In this document: positions 63,901 to 64,000 of the stretch, piece after piece
Numbering within the stretch: the stretch's first letter is position 1
Layout: each line of letters starts with the position of its first letter
From: an uncultured Planctomycetaceae bacterium
Lineage (GTDB): Bacteria > Planctomycetota > Planctomycetia > Planctomycetales > Planctomycetaceae
Length of the DNA stretch: 64,000 nucleotides
Direction: 5' to 3'
NCBI GenBank assembly: GCA_963976765.1
Contig: CAXBME010000003.1
Coordinates: 372,001 to 436,000 of the forward strand
The notes under the pieces: model-generated
Database searches by the model: none
What the model was told of the DNA's origin: nothing
The model's input: the letters and a program-made list of their open reading frames with translations, nothing else
Translations under genes and position numbers: made by a program

Positions 63901-64000
63901 GCTTGTTGAAAGCAGTCCGCTCTATGTTTCTCCCGCACCTCGGCGGCTGACGGCCGAACAGATCGTTGACTCCGCCTTCCACGCAACAGGAGCACCATTC
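60992..64000 (+). CDS. LamG-like + cytochrome c + DUF1549/DUF1553 protein (3' end runs off window)
   Basis: Manual translation MKTTTFIATVVLAISSLAVAAEPILEWRFDG...; GWHHVAL and WLDNLAIYR (LamG-like); CYDCH; FLRRVTLDTVG; WADHWMGYWLDVLAENP; CARCHD; NRIWQRLMGRG; HPDLL.WL. Absent from the ORF track (no stop). Confidence 0.9.
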   Translation, partial: MKTTTFIATVVLAISSLAVAAEPILEWRFDGKAQPGAWLGTFGTLDDGPRPPRYPGFGTDNRAMSVTGHEAALVVKDHERGGFTNVRFGKGDTFGFETWVRFRTIGKGQVAYLVGKGRHVKHGEDFPENNQNYSVRFLGSDSGAQFGILFTSEHPETKERAWHRWWSDSSVPTTGWHHVALQFTFGKANSLQAWIDGRPTEGRWDESGATDLPPVQDADDLVIGTGYARTEGSSFNGWLDNLAIYRSGFDANEIAKRYQYVPPPPAVTREMIPPGRVLVQISEKGVPESNGWPAEPQVTEAWVEDVFGFFEVPHKYISTGVRADRANPSHFRASAIVKLPKGKHRLLLRGRGLSRLFIDGKELLENGPRTLDSGGHTPLAVQDDYLDLGPDFRFAPPGNRDAWCEFESTGGEHFVILETMLGNIKGRLKQRPELGETVVAISLEGSENWSLLSPGKRHVAYNDNGWAVFAAERREWLGHVNAAARAKCREANSEYWHRRRTVAADWLTETEPVTVPELSDGYSANNEIDRFIAARIAAVARDSKQSQQSEVDYFKDIRPLLESRCYDCHQGGKAAGGLRIDDHVSVLHGGESEGPAIVPGKADESALIAHVTSKDKDIRMPPKGTPLSAEEIALLKHWINSGAVWPQFDVKDFEPTELADDLAFLRRVTLDTVGVTPTEAEVDAFLKDSAKTRRAAVIDRLLDDDRWADHWMGYWLDVLAENPNIINPTLNNTGPFRWWLYESLIDNKPADLFVTELIRMEGSERFGGPAGFGTASQNDLPMAAKAIIVSSAFLGVEMKCARCHDAPAHVSQQEELLQLAALLKQGTIQLPESSSVPPGRLHQTGRQPLIEVTLKPGAQVKPAWPFERYCDESVADGLAEHPDNSRDRLAALITAPQNERFAQVMVNRIWQRLMGRGLVVNVSDWEKGGASHPDLLRWLGHQFVASGYDIKAVSQLILNSHAYQRATDPRLVESSPLYVSPAPRRLTAEQIVDSAFHATGAPF

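Overview
64-kb window from a GC-rich bacterium, almost certainly a planctomycete, judged by DUF1553/DUF1501 and DUF1592/DUF1552 heme-c modules, sulfatases and planctomycete-type REP-like palindromes. 1-12.3 kb: a Tad/Flp pilus cluster split into two divergent units (tadG-like, two tadE-like, tadC, tadB, cpaF, cpaE, cpaB on minus; cpaC secretin, an unknown exported protein and a TPR lipoprotein on plus). 12.8-32.2 kb: mixed region with a sulfatase, ceramidase-like hydrolase, Val/Pro/Thr-repeat exported protein with a structured CU-rich 3' trailer, TlpA redoxin, lone fliM, proA, hypothetical proteins, two membrane-fusion proteins, a methyltransferase, an esterase and a DUF3754 protein. 32.4-64 kb: accessory-looking region with a frameshifted serine hydrolase, a Tat-exported esterase, a tripartite RND pump and a scar of gene fragments. 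It also holds a tight minus-strand operon (BNR propeller, DUF1592, four-helix-bundle gene, DUF1552, three tandem paralogs of an unknown exported protein, FAD-oxidoreductase/sulfatase fusion) and a divergent DUF1553-DUF1501-DUF1553 cluster. Most notable: a 7-nt-periodic inverted-repeat element appears twice inside that operon, once wrapped around the four-helix-bundle gene (supplying its start and stop codons) and once empty; the triplicated protein varies mainly in a few short segments; and a REP-like palindrome is translated in frame inside a signal peptide. No rRNA, tRNA or CRISPR array was seen. All family calls come from motif recognition by eye; no database search was run.
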